Shown: positions 35,241 to 35,898 of the stretch, piece after piece
Position numbering within the stretch: position 1 is the first letter of the stretch
Layout: every line of letters starts with the position of its first letter
Virus record (IMG/VR): IMGVR_UViG_3300032257_000064
Span: 1-35,898 of that record
Origin: a virus
Taxonomy: Duplodnaviria; Caudoviricetes
Direction: 5' to 3' (one strand)
Length of the DNA: 35,898 nt
Notes under the pieces: generated by a model
Seen by the model: only the letters and a program-made list of their open reading frames with translations
Databases searched by the model: none
What the model was told of the DNA's origin: nothing
Position numbers and translations under genes: made by a program

Positions 35241-35898
35241 TTATTGAGTAGTCATTTTTCTAAAATCATCAGTGATGATCAACAAACGCTGATCTTTGCT
35301 GATGATCAGTAAGTGTTCACCGGTTGGCACGGCCAACCCGTTATTTAGCACCAAACTATCAAGTAGCTGACCGCATAACGTGTCATCAATCACCAGCACA
35401 CTTGACTGTGTTAAATCTAATTGATCAACCAGTACGGATTGATTCAGGTCTTGTATTGTCAATACATTGGCTTGTGATAAATCCAGCACATCAACTGACT
35501 GACCTGACAATGTTTCTTGAATCACCAATAGAACTGAATTTGATAAAATAACGTTGCCAGTGGTTTGCGTGCTTAATGATTCATCAACACTTAAAATATT
35601 GGATTGTGTTAAATCTAAATTATCAGAAGCCTGTGAAGATAAACTTTCATGAATCGTTAATTGACCAGCTGTTGACAAAACCAGATTATCAAGCAGCTGA
35701 CCGGACTGACTGTCATCAATCGTTAAAATATTGGATTGTGTTAAATCTAAATTATCAACCGCTTGTGATAACAACAACGCATCAACAACCAGCACATGAG
35801 CCTGTGTTAGCACCAGGCTTTCAACAGACTGTGAACTGAGTGTTTCATCAATACTTAAAATATTGGATTGTGTTAAATCTAAATTATCAACCGCTTGT
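35241..35898 (-). CDS. 3' part of 22-aa-repeat fibre-like protein (starts at 228 across the join)
   Basis: Nine ~22-aa units such as LSSQASDNLDLTQSNILSVDES, with a 132-bp higher-order DNA repeat. Confidence 0.8.
   Translation of the reverse strand, partial: QAVDNLDLTQSNILSIDETLSSQSVESLVLTQAHVLVVDALLLSQAVDNLDLTQSNILTIDDSQSGQLLDNLVLSTAGQLTIHESLSSQASDNLDLTQSNILSVDESLSTQTTGNVILSNSVLLVIQETLSGQSVDVLDLSQANVLTIQDLNQSVLVDQLDLTQSSVLVIDDTLCGQLLDSLVLNNGLAVPTGEHLLIISKDQRLLIITDDFRKMTTQ
35772..35898. repeat. Terminal direct repeat (circular assembly overlap), right copy
   Basis: Identical to 1-127. Confidence 0.95.

Larger units (their letters stand above)
1..35898. mobile_element. Circular temperate lambdoid siphovirus genome (excised, attP form)
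   Basis: Terminase, portal, capsid, tail, integrase/xis, immunity and replication modules are all present. There are no host housekeeping genes, the ends overlap, and there is one internal att core. Confidence 0.93.

Noticed and set aside
734-35839. Numerous alternate-frame and antisense ORFs in the track (e.g. 734..1285, 19055..19576, 25012..25485, 28845..29222, 30044..30424)
   Set aside because: They are nested in well-supported genes, lack RBS or motifs, and look like shadow ORFs.

Overview
The window is a complete or near-complete circular genome (about 35,771 bp once the 127-bp terminal overlap is removed) of a temperate lambdoid siphovirus, probably of a gammaproteobacterial host. It is in the excised attP state. 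Minus-strand late genes: Q-controlled promoter, holin, an accessory fibre-like module that spans the contig join, lambda-type terminase and portal, a fused prohead protease-major capsid protein, a tail operon with a G/GT frameshift, tape measure and a fused hub-J tip. Minus-strand early genes: cro, cII-like, PriCT-2/Toprim primase, VapE helicase, repeat-rich ori and Q. Plus-strand genes: repressors, antirepressor, C5 methyltransferase, small ORFs, xis, int and an attP matching the tmRNA 3' end. The most unusual parts are: (1) an immunity region whose CI-like protein lacks the S24 autopeptidase and is followed by a second CI-type HTH fused to a PAS-like domain and a membrane-anchored coiled-coil protein, a candidate signal-sensing, SOS-independent switch; (2) a ~1-kb radC(JAB)/korC-like cassette next to attP bounded by 38-bp inverted repeats; (3) no recognisable endolysin or spanins, with a fibre module where they would normally sit; (4) apparent GGAG/CTCC avoidance. 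All family assignments come from motif recognition by eye, not from searches.
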